This document shows positions 1-8,658 of a stretch of DNA of 32,000 nucleotides, in pieces; the stretch's first letter is position 1, and each line of letters starts with the position of its first letter. Made by a program: the position numbers and the translations under genes. The stretch covers positions 180,001 through 212,000 of the forward strand of contig NZ_LGHJ01000014.1 in assembly GCF_001306055.1 (NCBI RefSeq), given 5' to 3'. The notes beneath the pieces were generated by a model, which was not told the DNA's origin, made no database searches, and was given only the letters and a program-made list of their open reading frames with translations. This DNA comes from Bellilinea caldifistulae. Lineage in GTDB: Bacteria > Chloroflexota > Anaerolineae > Anaerolineales > Anaerolineaceae.

Positions 1-67
1 CTGGTGTTGGCTTTTGGAAATCAGTTGTTTATTGCGTCGTTATCCCAGTAATCTTTTTTTTGGGCGG

Positions 68-2941
68 TTATAAATTCAGCCAGCGGGTCGTAATGGCAGG
101 CAATTCATTCAGCGTTCCGATATGCACTTTGCATTGTGGCAGGGATTCGATAAAAGCCTTGCCATACTGTTTGGAAAGAATGCGCCGATCAAGGATGACC
201 ACCACACCACGGTCGGACTGGGTGCGAATCAGCCTGCCAAATCCCTGACGAAATCGTAAGATGGCTTCCGGCAACTGGTATTCATTGAACGGGTCATCAA
301 AAGTTTCCGAGCGAGCCGCAATGATCGGGTCGGAAGGCACATCAAAGGGCAGTTTGACGATGACCAGCACAGAAAGCGCCTCACCGGGGATATCCACACC
401 CTCCCAGAAGGCGCGGGTTCCCAGCAGAACGGCTTTATCGCTTTCACGAAATGTTTCCAGCAGGATATTGGCCGATGCGCCTTCGCCCTGTTCATAGACC
501 TGAATGCCGGCTTCGAGCAAAGGCGGTGTGATCGCTTGAGAAGTGCGCCGCAGTTGGGCATACGACGTGAACAGTACCAGCATTCGTCCACCGGTTGCGC
601 GCGCCAGCCGAATCAGGCTCTGTTCGACAGCGCGCTGGTAGCCGTTGGCATCGGTTGGCTCCGGAATATCTTTAGCGATGTAGAGCAGGGCTGCGTTTTC
701 GTAATCAAACGGCGATCCGAGGATCAATTCGTCAGCCTCATCGGCATTCAGGCGCGAGCGCAGGTATTGGAATTCGCCTTCCGCCGTTAATGTTGCGGAG
801 GTCAGGATTATGCTGTTCTTTTCATGCCACAAATATTTTTCCATCAGCGGTCCGATGTGCAGCGGGGCAATCTGCAGGGAAAGCCGGTTGTTGTTGGGAC
901 TGATTTCCACCCAGTAAATGGCTGACGGATCGGGCTGGCTGACCAGCCCGTTGAGGTAAGCCTGTGCTTCGCTCAGTCGGCGGTGGATGCTGGCTAAATT
1001 CGCCAGAGTATCTTCAATTTCTTCCCCCAGCCGATCCAGTCCCTCGCTGATCCCTTTATGCAAGTCGGCAATCAGATTGAGCAGGAGGGAGAGGGTTTCG
1101 TTGGTGCTGTCCCATTCAATTTCAATTTCTGTCCAATCGGGTAATTTGCGGGTTGACGGCAAGATGCGTACTTGCTGTCCGTAAGGGCTGACCGGTTTAC
1201 CTTCGCGTGCGTTTTCCATGAACACTTCGATGCTCTTCAGGAATTGTTTGAGGTCAAAATCAAGGCGGGTGGCAAGGTCGGTTGCCCGCTGGACTGTTTG
1301 GTGGAGCAATGCCCACTCGGAGGGGCGCAGGTTTTCTTTCATCAAGGTCGTCAGTCGTCCCAGAACGCCACTGCTCAACCCGCCCAGTTCCTGTAACAGG
1401 CGACTCAGGTCGCTCTGGTTGACGCGGTAACTGAGCGCACTGGTAGAAGCCGATTCGATGTGATGACCTTCATCTACAATCAGGTACTGGTACTCAGGCA
1501 GTACCCGGCTGCCACTGACAACATCGGAGAGCAGCAAAGCATGGTTGACTATGATCAGATGGGCGCTCAGGGCTTGCTGGCGGGACTGGTAGAACGGGCA
1601 GGCTCCGCCCATACGGCTGACGCACACTTCGGCTTTGCAGCCTTCGTCCTCCGCAGAAAGACGCATCCAGACTTCCCGCTCGGCGGGGCCATTCAGATTG
1701 ATTTCCGAACGATCACCCCGGCCGCCTTCCTGCAGCCAGACCAGCACTTTGGCAAGCACACGCAGCTCTTCGGGCGTTTCGGGGCCTTTGTGGCGCAGGG
1801 CTTCTAAACGGCGCGGGCAGAGATAATTACTGCGTCCTTTCAGGACAGTAGCGCGCAGGTCGAGTTTGAGAGCGTCGCGCAGGTCGGGAATGTCTTTGTT
1901 GATTAATTGCTCTTGCAGGGTAATTGTATTGGTGGAGATGACTACGCGGGTGTTGTTCTGGATGGCCCACATAGCCGCCGGAACCAGATAGGCGAATGAC
2001 TTGCCGATACCGGTGCCGGCTTCAACCATGAGATGTTCACCATTCGATAAAGCCCGTGTGACCGCTCGCAGCATTTCTACCTGCTGGCTGCGGTACTCAA
2101 ACTGGTCAAAATAACGCGCAAACAACCCGCCCGGTTCCAGAATAGAGGCAACCTCATCCTCATCCAACGGTTGGGGTGTTTCAACCAGAGTCAACGGCGG
2201 AGCCGGGCGGTAATCGGCTGTGAACAGCCCTTCATAATCGCGCTGACGGGTCTGGCGGGCTTCGATGGGCTGGCGGGAGCGCGCCCTCAAAATTTGCCGG
2301 AAAATCCAGCCGCCGTCCCATTCGACGGGCTCGCTATGACGAACGATTTCAGCCAGCAATTCAATCGGTAATTCCAGCGCGCGCTGGTATAACTGCCAGA
2401 AAACGGCATGAGCAAGGCGGGCATCGTCTAAGGCGCGGTGGGAATTGGGGATGAGGATGCCAAGGATTTGTCCGAGCGAGCCTAAATTATAGCGGCTGGC
2501 GGTTGGCAGAAGAACGGCCGCCATTTCATAGGTGTCAATCGCCTCCACAAGATGTAAAATCCCCTGCCGTTGCAGGAAGCCCAAATCGAAGCGGATATTG
2601 TGACCGACGACGGGGGAATCGCCGATGAAATCGGCCAGGTCTTGCAGCACGGCGCGGATGGGCGGCGCGTTCCGCACCATGTCATTGTTGATGCCGGTCA
2701 GGGCTGTAATGGCGGGAGGTATTGGGCGTTGAGGGTTGATGAGCGTATCCCACTCGGCCTCGATGCGGCTGCCGTTAAACCGAATCGCAGCAATTTCAAT
2801 GACCGCATCTTTTTGGGGATCAAGGCCGGTGGTTTCAATATCCAGTGCAATTAATGAAGGCATGTCAGGGATTATACCATCCTGCTCCGCCTGCACCGCC
2901 GATTTGAAAATGGCTTTCAACTGTGGTAAAAATGGTTTCAT
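68..2941 (-). CDS. dinG: DinG-family ATP-dependent helicase with N-terminal DnaQ/epsilon-like 3'-5' exonuclease domain
   Basis: Long ORF 68..3145. Exonuclease motifs: ALDIETTGLDP (ExoI), GHNIRFDLGFL (ExoII), HRALDDA (ExoIII). Helicase motifs: Walker A AGTGIGKSFAYL and DEAH-type box IVDEGHH. Four Cys lie between them (NYLC, then EGC-x4-C-x7-C), as in Fe-S DinG/XPD. Start set to the ATG at 2941 (MKPFLPQ...) because the TTG at 3145 would overlap the divergent gene starting at 2970. Confidence 0.85.
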   Translation of the reverse strand: MKPFLPQLKAIFKSAVQAEQDGIIPDMPSLIALDIETTGLDPQKDAVIEIAAIRFNGSRIEAEWDTLINPQRPIPPAITALTGINNDMVRNAPPIRAVLQDLADFIGDSPVVGHNIRFDLGFLQRQGILHLVEAIDTYEMAAVLLPTASRYNLGSLGQILGILIPNSHRALDDARLAHAVFWQLYQRALELPIELLAEIVRHSEPVEWDGGWIFRQILRARSRQPIEARQTRQRDYEGLFTADYRPAPPLTLVETPQPLDEDEVASILEPGGLFARYFDQFEYRSQQVEMLRAVTRALSNGEHLMVEAGTGIGKSFAYLVPAAMWAIQNNTRVVISTNTITLQEQLINKDIPDLRDALKLDLRATVLKGRSNYLCPRRLEALRHKGPETPEELRVLAKVLVWLQEGGRGDRSEINLNGPAEREVWMRLSAEDEGCKAEVCVSRMGGACPFYQSRQQALSAHLIIVNHALLLSDVVSGSRVLPEYQYLIVDEGHHIESASTSALSYRVNQSDLSRLLQELGGLSSGVLGRLTTLMKENLRPSEWALLHQTVQRATDLATRLDFDLKQFLKSIEVFMENAREGKPVSPYGQQVRILPSTRKLPDWTEIEIEWDSTNETLSLLLNLIADLHKGISEGLDRLGEEIEDTLANLASIHRRLSEAQAYLNGLVSQPDPSAIYWVEISPNNNRLSLQIAPLHIGPLMEKYLWHEKNSIILTSATLTAEGEFQYLRSRLNADEADELILGSPFDYENAALLYIAKDIPEPTDANGYQRAVEQSLIRLARATGGRMLVLFTSYAQLRRTSQAITPPLLEAGIQVYEQGEGASANILLETFRESDKAVLLGTRAFWEGVDIPGEALSVLVIVKLPFDVPSDPIIAARSETFDDPFNEYQLPEAILRFRQGFGRLIRTQSDRGVVVILDRRILSKQYGKAFIESLPQCKVHIGTLNELPAITTRWLNL

Positions 2942-2969
2942 ACTTTCGGGCGTAAAGAGTTGATTCCAA

Positions 2970-4037
2970 ATGAACCTGTCTGACGGTGTAAAAGTAATTG
3001 CCTTTGATTGGGGCGGTACCTTGATGACGGGCAGCGGCCCGCAAGACCGCCCGATGGTTGAATGGCCTGAGGTTGAGGCCGTTTCTGGAGCGGTGGAAGT
3101 CCTGCAAATCCTGCGCAGCCGTTTTCGGCTGGTCGTTTGCACCAATGCGGAAATTTCGACTGCCGAACAGGTGCGCGCTGCGCTGGATCGGGTGGGCCTG
3201 GCAGGCTATGTGGAAGCCGTCTTCACTCCCAAAGAGCTGGGAAATGCCCGCAAGCCGCAAGTTGACTTTTTCCGGCGGGTGGAGGACGCCTTGGGGGTAA
3301 GCAGACATGAAGCTCTGATGGTTGGTGATGATCCGCTGGGGGATATTGGCGGGGCAGTTGTGGCTGGCTGGCGGGCGGTGTGGTTCAACCCGTCGGGTAA
3401 ACCCGCACCGGCTTTGCTGCCGCTGGGTGATGCCGAAATCATGCGATTAGAAGAACTGCCGGCAGTTCTGCAATGCCATCGCCTTCCAGCAGTGGATCAG
3501 GCGCGCTTATGGCTGCTGGAACAGCGGGCAACCGCTAATTTGCTGGTGCATGTCGAAATGGTGGCTGCGCTGGCCTATCAGATGGCCGTATGGTTGAGGA
3601 ACAGCGGACAGCCCGTCAACCCGCTGCTGGCTCAACGCGGCGGTTTGTTGCATGATTTGTGTAAAATCTCGGCGCGTGGCACTAAAATTCTGCATGGTGA
3701 TCTGGCAGCCGAATGGCTGCATGCCCACGGAGAGACCGAACTGGCCGGGATTGCCGCAACGCACATGCTTTTTAATCTGATTGAGGATGGAAAACGCCCC
3801 GCTACGTGGGAAGAAAAAATTGTCTATTACGCCGATAAACTGGTGGAAAACGGCCAGGTCGTTCCTTTCAGCAGACGAATGGATGCCTTGCGCCAGCGTT
3901 ATGCCATGGATCAGGCATTGATTGACCGGCTGGCTGAAGCCATTCCTCCCCTCGAAAGCGAGTTAACCGCCCCGCTGGGTTGGACGATTGAGGACCTGGT
4001 GGAGCGTTTACAGCAATCCTTCTGGAAAGGGTATTAA
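2970..4037 (+). CDS. Fusion protein: N-terminal HAD-superfamily hydrolase plus C-terminal HD-domain (HDIG/YqeK-like) phosphohydrolase
   Basis: HAD motifs: I = FDWGGTL, 10 residues from the N-terminus; II = VVCTNA; III = ARKPQ; IV = VGDDPLGDIGGA. HD-type motifs in the C-terminal half: HVEMVAALAYQMA, GGLLHDLCK, HGDLAAEWL, IAATHM, YYADKL. Confidence 0.75.
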   Translation: MNLSDGVKVIAFDWGGTLMTGSGPQDRPMVEWPEVEAVSGAVEVLQILRSRFRLVVCTNAEISTAEQVRAALDRVGLAGYVEAVFTPKELGNARKPQVDFFRRVEDALGVSRHEALMVGDDPLGDIGGAVVAGWRAVWFNPSGKPAPALLPLGDAEIMRLEELPAVLQCHRLPAVDQARLWLLEQRATANLLVHVEMVAALAYQMAVWLRNSGQPVNPLLAQRGGLLHDLCKISARGTKILHGDLAAEWLHAHGETELAGIAATHMLFNLIEDGKRPATWEEKIVYYADKLVENGQVVPFSRRMDALRQRYAMDQALIDRLAEAIPPLESELTAPLGWTIEDLVERLQQSFWKGY

Positions 4038-5518
4038 GGACTGCCCAGCGTGTAGTAGTTATAGACCCCCTGAGCGAGGAAAGCCATCAATTCGTTGGCG
4101 GGGTTGAATAACAACTGTGTGGGGTGGTACAGGTGAACGACCAGCACGAAATTACCGCCGCTGGTGTAAATGATGCCGGCATCGCTCATCGTATGAATCA
4201 ACCCATCGCGCGGGTCGGTGATCCAGCCGTGTTTGTGGGCAATTTGTACCCCTTCCGGCAGGCCGGCCTGAAAGAGGACGCCAATCCGGTTCTTGGAAAG
4301 CAGGCTGATCATCAGGCGGCATTCGCTTTGGGTGATTTCGCCGGGGAAGACAGCCGCAAAAGTGCCGCCGCCGTTGAGAGCGCACTGGTAAATATCGCTG
4401 AGTAAAACGCCGATTTCCATCGGGGTAGTTTGATTGTAACGGTCGGGGTCGGTGTTGACATCGGTACGTTGATTGGCGGGGGTGGTAAACGTGCGCAACA
4501 AGGGCGCACCGGGGTAAAAATAACCCGCGAGGAAGGTGTTTCTCAAACCGAGCGATTGTAAATCCGCCGTTACCTCCAGCGGGCCGAGGCGTGCATCCAG
4601 CACGACCTGCATCAGGCGGTCGGCCGGGTCGTTTTCGGAAAGTTCGATCATCGCCTCGAGCAGATTGGTCACTTCGGGTGAAAGCGGTTCTTCGAGCCGG
4701 CGGAACACCGATACCATAATCGGGATTTTCATGGTGGAAGCCGCCGTAAAGGCAATTCCGGGTGCAATGACCTGCCCGTCGTTGTAGGCAAAGTTGATTT
4801 CCTGCCCGGTCTGCAGATCGAGCAGGTAGATTTCCGCCAGACCGTCGTAGCCGCGAGTAGTCAGTACCTGCTGCAACAGCACCTGCACATTTTGAAAGGC
4901 CGGGCGGGTGGGGCTGACGCGGTTGAACGAAAGATTGACGACCCGATTTGCCGGATTGCGCAGTGCATCTGAGATGAGAATCACAGCCCGGTCAATATCC
5001 AGTACAATGCCCGGCTGACCCGGCTCGAAAGTGGTTGTGCCCGGAACGGGGGAGGCCGGCGAAGGCGGACGGTCATAGCGGGCGGCAATTTCATCGCGCA
5101 GATAGGCTCGCAGCCGTTCTTCCGAAATGGTTGCGCGCAGGGGAACTTCCGCGGGGGTGGGGAATTGATTCCACAGGTAGTTCCAAAAGGCGGCCCAAAA
5201 CGGCTGGGCGATCCGCTGCTGATCGGCTGCAGCCAGCATGGCTTCCAGGTCCAGCCGAAAACCAGCTGCCGAAGGGCGCATCTGAATGACGGCATCGGCA
5301 TAGCGGATTTCCACCGGCACGCTGTAGGCCTGAGTCAGCCGTTCAGCGGCCTGCTGGCGGTTCAAACCGGCTACCGGTACGCCGGCAATGACCGTGCCGG
5401 GGGGAAAGGCAGCCCTCAGACGGCTGTACTGCACCAGTTGTAATACCAGTAATAAAACCCCTAAAAAGATAAATAGAATGGAAACCCAGCGAAAAATGAT
5501 TACGCTGCTTCGTCTCAA
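4034..5518 (-). CDS. Membrane-anchored serine hydrolase with class-A beta-lactamase-like C-terminal domain
   Basis: N-terminal hydrophobic helix WVSILFIFLGVLLLVLQLV. SxxK = STMK, SxN-like = SEN (ELSENDP), KTG-like = KHG (HKHGW). TTG start at 5518 is preceded by GGAGGA about 5 nt upstream, and there is no in-frame ATG nearby. The N-terminal half (about aa 40-230) is unassigned. Confidence 0.7.
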   Translation of the reverse strand: MRRSSVIIFRWVSILFIFLGVLLLVLQLVQYSRLRAAFPPGTVIAGVPVAGLNRQQAAERLTQAYSVPVEIRYADAVIQMRPSAAGFRLDLEAMLAAADQQRIAQPFWAAFWNYLWNQFPTPAEVPLRATISEERLRAYLRDEIAARYDRPPSPASPVPGTTTFEPGQPGIVLDIDRAVILISDALRNPANRVVNLSFNRVSPTRPAFQNVQVLLQQVLTTRGYDGLAEIYLLDLQTGQEINFAYNDGQVIAPGIAFTAASTMKIPIMVSVFRRLEEPLSPEVTNLLEAMIELSENDPADRLMQVVLDARLGPLEVTADLQSLGLRNTFLAGYFYPGAPLLRTFTTPANQRTDVNTDPDRYNQTTPMEIGVLLSDIYQCALNGGGTFAAVFPGEITQSECRLMISLLSKNRIGVLFQAGLPEGVQIAHKHGWITDPRDGLIHTMSDAGIIYTSGGNFVLVVHLYHPTQLLFNPANELMAFLAQGVYNYYTLGSP

Positions 5519-5537
5519 GCGTTCCTCCGTTCCAAAC

Positions 5538-5553
5538 GGTACAAATTGTACCA
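5538..5553 (-). promoter_or_regulatory. Extended -10 box (TGGTACAAT on minus strand) embedded in a perfect 15-bp palindrome GGTACAAATTGTACC; candidate promoter/operator of the serine-hydrolase gene
   Basis: Read directly. The palindrome spans 5538..5552 (7-1-7). The reverse complement of 5545..5553 is TGGTACAAT. It lies about 20-35 nt upstream of the TTG start at 5518 and downstream of the valS terminator. Confidence 0.4.
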
Positions 5554-5580
5554 GATTTACGCTGAAGCGCAGTTGCCACT

Positions 5581-5613
5581 TAAAAAACGGATGGAGATGG
5601 TCTCCATCCGTTT
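5581..5613 (-). terminator. Rho-independent terminator of valS
   Basis: On the minus strand: AAACGGATGGAGA-CCA-TCTCCATCCGTT followed by TTTTTT. The stem is 11-13 bp with a 3-nt loop, about 25 nt downstream of the valS stop. Confidence 0.8.
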
Positions 5614-5637
5614 CTGGATGCCATGAAATTCTAGAAT

Positions 5638-8343
5638 TTACAGGTTTTGTAACTGGTCGCGCAGGCGGGCAGCGGTTTCTTCAAAGGTAGCCAGTTTCTG
5701 GCGCTCTTTTTCGACAACCGGCGGGGGGGCTTTTTCGGCAAAGGGCGAAGCCAGTAACCCTCGCAGGCGTTCGATTTGTTTTTCAACCTCGGCCAGTTCG
5801 TTTTGCAAGCGGGCGCGCTCGGCTTCCACATTCACCAGATCGGCCAGCGGCAGGTAAATTTCGATACCGGCCACCACAATTGCAATCTGATTTTCAGGTT
5901 TTTCCGGTAAATTTGCCAGCATTGTCAAATGATCGGGTTGAAGATAAGCCAGCGCCGCAATGGCGGCAGCCTGTTGCTGAAATACGGTTAATTTTTCACC
6001 GGCAACGATGGTTGCCGGAATGCGTTTGCCGGGTGTGACCTTTTTCTCGGTACGCAGGTTGCGAATGGCGCGGATGACCTCCTGGATCAGGTTGAAATCA
6101 GCGATCTTCTGCTCTTCCCACCCTTCAACAGGCTGGGCTTCTGGCCAACGGGCGATGATCAGGGCTTCTTCCCAGCCGCCTTTTGGACTGAAGGCCTCAC
6201 CTTTCTCCTGCGCGGCGCGTTTGAGATGCCCCCACAATTCCTCGGTCACAAAAGGCGTAAAGGGATGCAGCAAGCGCAGGGAGGCATCCAGGACGCGCAG
6301 CAAGGTTTGAGCCGTGTAAAAAGCGCGGTCGCCCCCTTCGGCTAATTGTAATTTCGCAATTTCCACATACCAGTCGGCAAATTCCGACCAGAAGAAGTCG
6401 TAAATCTGGCGGCCGGCTTCGCCATACTGGTAATTGGTGAATAAACGCTCCACATCCCGCAGCAGCTGCTGCAGGCGCGCCCAAATCCACGAGTCGGCCA
6501 GCGTCCACTGCGGGGCGGCCTGCGCCTGAGCCGGGGCTTGTGCCAGCGCGCCGAGGACAAACCGCCCGGCGTTCCAGACTTTATTGGCAAAGTTGCGGTT
6601 GGCTTCCACTTTCTTCAGGCTCAGGTTCATATCATTGCCGGGGGTGGAGCCCACCAGCAGGGTGAAGCGCAGAGCATCCGTGCCCATTTCGTCCATCACT
6701 TCCAGCGGGTCAATCACATTGCCTTTGGTTTTGCTCATCTTCTGGCCTTGTTCGTCGCGGATCAAGCCATGCAGATAAACCGTGTGGAAAGGTGGCTTGC
6801 CGGTGAATTCCAGCCCGAACATAATCATGCGCGCCACCCAGAAGAAGAGGATGTCGTATCCGGTTTCCAGCACACTGGTCGGGTAAAAGTAGCGCAGGTC
6901 GGGGGTGTCTTCCGGCCAGCCCAGCGTGGAAAACGGCCACAGTCCGGAGGAGAACCATGTGTCCAGCACGTCTTCATCCTGATGGATGTGGCTGCTCTGG
7001 CAGTGGGCGCAATGAGTCGGGTCATCGCGGCTGACGGTGATCTCGCCGCACTCATCGCAGTACCAGACCGGGATGCGGTGGCCCCACCATAACTGGCGGC
7101 TGATGCACCAGTCCTCGATGTTTTCCAGCCAGTTGTAATAGACTTTGGTGAAGCGTTCCGGGACAATTTTGATGCGTCCCTCACGGACGGCTTCCAAAGC
7201 AGCCCGGGCGAGGGGCTGAATTCGCACGAACCACTGAGTTGAGATCATCGGCTCGACAATCTCACCACCGCGTTGGGAGCGGGGCACATTGAGGGTGTAA
7301 GGTTGTTCCTTGATCACCAGTCCGGCGGCGCGCATGTCTTCCCACATTCGTTTGCGGCACTCGAAGCGGTCCAATCCCTGATACGGTCCGCCGTTTTCGT
7401 TGATGGCGGCATCGGGTGTGAGGATGTTGATCATCTCCAGATTGTGGCGCAGGGCAATTTGATAGTCGTTGGGGTCATGCGCCGGGGTGATTTTGAGCGC
7501 GCCGGTACCGAATTCGCGGTCAACGTACTCATCAGCAATGACCGGGATGGGGCGGTTGAGGATGGGGACGAGCACCTTGCGCCCCACATAAGCGCGGTAA
7601 CGGTCGTCTTCAGGGTGGACGGCTACCGCCGTATCGCCCAGAATCGTCTCCGGACGGGTGGTGGCAACCGGAATGTACTCCTGCGGGTTATCAGCCAGCA
7701 CGTACTTGAAAAAGTAAAGCGTGCCGGGCTCTTCGCTGTATTCAACTTCCAGATCCGAGACGGCGGTTTTGAGGCCGGGTGACCAGTTAATCATGCGCGG
7801 GCCGCGGTAAATCAGGCCTTTTTCGTACAGGCGGACAAAGGCTTCGCGCACGGCGCGCGAGAGACCCTCATCCAGCGTAAAGCGCTCGCGCGACCAGTCG
7901 CAAGAAGCGCCGAGGCGGCGAATCTGGCGGGTGATGATGCCGCCGTACTTTTCCTTCCACGCCCAGGTGCGGCGCAGGAATTCCTCCCGCCCCAGTTGCT
8001 CGCGCGAAAGTCCTTCTCTGGCGAGGGCTTTTTCCACCTGCAATTGGGTGGCGATGCCGGCGTGGTCAGTGCCCGGCACCCACAGGGTGGGGACGCCTTT
8101 CATGCGGTGGTAGCGGATCATCAGGTCTTCCATCGCCACGAACATGGCATGGCCGAGGTGCAGTTCGCCGGTTACGTTGGGGGGCGGAATGGAGATGACG
8201 AACGGGCGGCGAGAAGGGTCGTGATCCGGTGAACGGGGGTCGTTGGATGGTTTGAAATAGCCGCTGGCTTCCCAGTGGGCGTAAATTTTTTCTTCCACAG
8301 AGGCAAAGTCATAAGTCTTCGGTAAGGAAAATGGTTGATTCAT
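5638..8343 (-). CDS. valS: Valine--tRNA ligase
   Basis: HIGH motif PPPNVTGELHLGHA, KMSKS motif KMSKTKGN, class-I editing-type architecture and a C-terminal coiled coil. Start set to the ATG at 8343 (MNQPFSLPKTYDF), which is preceded by GAGGAG. The upstream ATG at 8376 would lie in the U-tract of the T-box terminator. Confidence 0.97.
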   Translation of the reverse strand: MNQPFSLPKTYDFASVEEKIYAHWEASGYFKPSNDPRSPDHDPSRRPFVISIPPPNVTGELHLGHAMFVAMEDLMIRYHRMKGVPTLWVPGTDHAGIATQLQVEKALAREGLSREQLGREEFLRRTWAWKEKYGGIITRQIRRLGASCDWSRERFTLDEGLSRAVREAFVRLYEKGLIYRGPRMINWSPGLKTAVSDLEVEYSEEPGTLYFFKYVLADNPQEYIPVATTRPETILGDTAVAVHPEDDRYRAYVGRKVLVPILNRPIPVIADEYVDREFGTGALKITPAHDPNDYQIALRHNLEMINILTPDAAINENGGPYQGLDRFECRKRMWEDMRAAGLVIKEQPYTLNVPRSQRGGEIVEPMISTQWFVRIQPLARAALEAVREGRIKIVPERFTKVYYNWLENIEDWCISRQLWWGHRIPVWYCDECGEITVSRDDPTHCAHCQSSHIHQDEDVLDTWFSSGLWPFSTLGWPEDTPDLRYFYPTSVLETGYDILFFWVARMIMFGLEFTGKPPFHTVYLHGLIRDEQGQKMSKTKGNVIDPLEVMDEMGTDALRFTLLVGSTPGNDMNLSLKKVEANRNFANKVWNAGRFVLGALAQAPAQAQAAPQWTLADSWIWARLQQLLRDVERLFTNYQYGEAGRQIYDFFWSEFADWYVEIAKLQLAEGGDRAFYTAQTLLRVLDASLRLLHPFTPFVTEELWGHLKRAAQEKGEAFSPKGGWEEALIIARWPEAQPVEGWEEQKIADFNLIQEVIRAIRNLRTEKKVTPGKRIPATIVAGEKLTVFQQQAAAIAALAYLQPDHLTMLANLPEKPENQIAIVVAGIEIYLPLADLVNVEAERARLQNELAEVEKQIERLRGLLASPFAEKAPPPVVEKERQKLATFEETAARLRDQLQNL

Positions 8344-8374
8344 GCTCGCTCCTCGATTACGAAAAAAATCCATC

Positions 8375-8652
8375 AAAAAAGCAGCCCTTCGTTTTGAGGA
8401 CGAAAGGGCTGCTTCCGCGGTACCACCTCAGTTCATTGCCCAATCGGGCAATGCTCTCTAACCTGAATGGACTTTCAGGTTTTGCGCTAACGGGCAATCC
8501 CGCGCCGTTCTACTTTCCCATTGTGGGGATTTCTTCGGCGAGTACGCCGGGCGACCTTCGGTCAGGGTTCACTGGGGAGGCTTTCAGCCATTGGCGCTCC
8601 GTCTCTGTCAGTGACCGGTCAACCTACTCCTCCCGGCACTCCGGTATGAGTT
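8375..8652 (-). promoter_or_regulatory. T-box riboswitch leader of valS with intrinsic terminator/antiterminator
   Basis: The minus strand contains the conserved T-box sequence AACUGAGGUGGUACCGCGG (about 8413..8433). It is immediately followed by the terminator GCAGCCCUUUCGUCCUCAAAACGAAGGGCUGC plus U6 (8375..8412). Stem-I elements are present: an AGAGA bulge and AGUGAA. The candidate specifier loop is CCGAAGGUCGCC, with GUC (Val) followed by a purine. UGGU in the T-box bulge fits discriminator A. Confidence 0.9.
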
Positions 8653-8658
8653 TTGATT

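Noticed and set aside
1-67. Possible 3' end of a + strand gene (frame 1 open to the TAA at 49..51) followed by a T9 run at 52..60
   Set aside because: Only 16 codons are visible and no hairpin is recognisable inside the window. This cannot be supported.
2942-3145. N-terminal extension of the dinG ORF (TTG at 3145). Analogous extensions lie at 24744..24893 (M50) and 26067..26132 (tsaE).
   Set aside because: Each extension overlaps a well-supported neighbouring gene and encodes Arg/Ser/Pro-rich sequence that does not look like protein. In each case an internal ATG gives the conserved family N-terminus.
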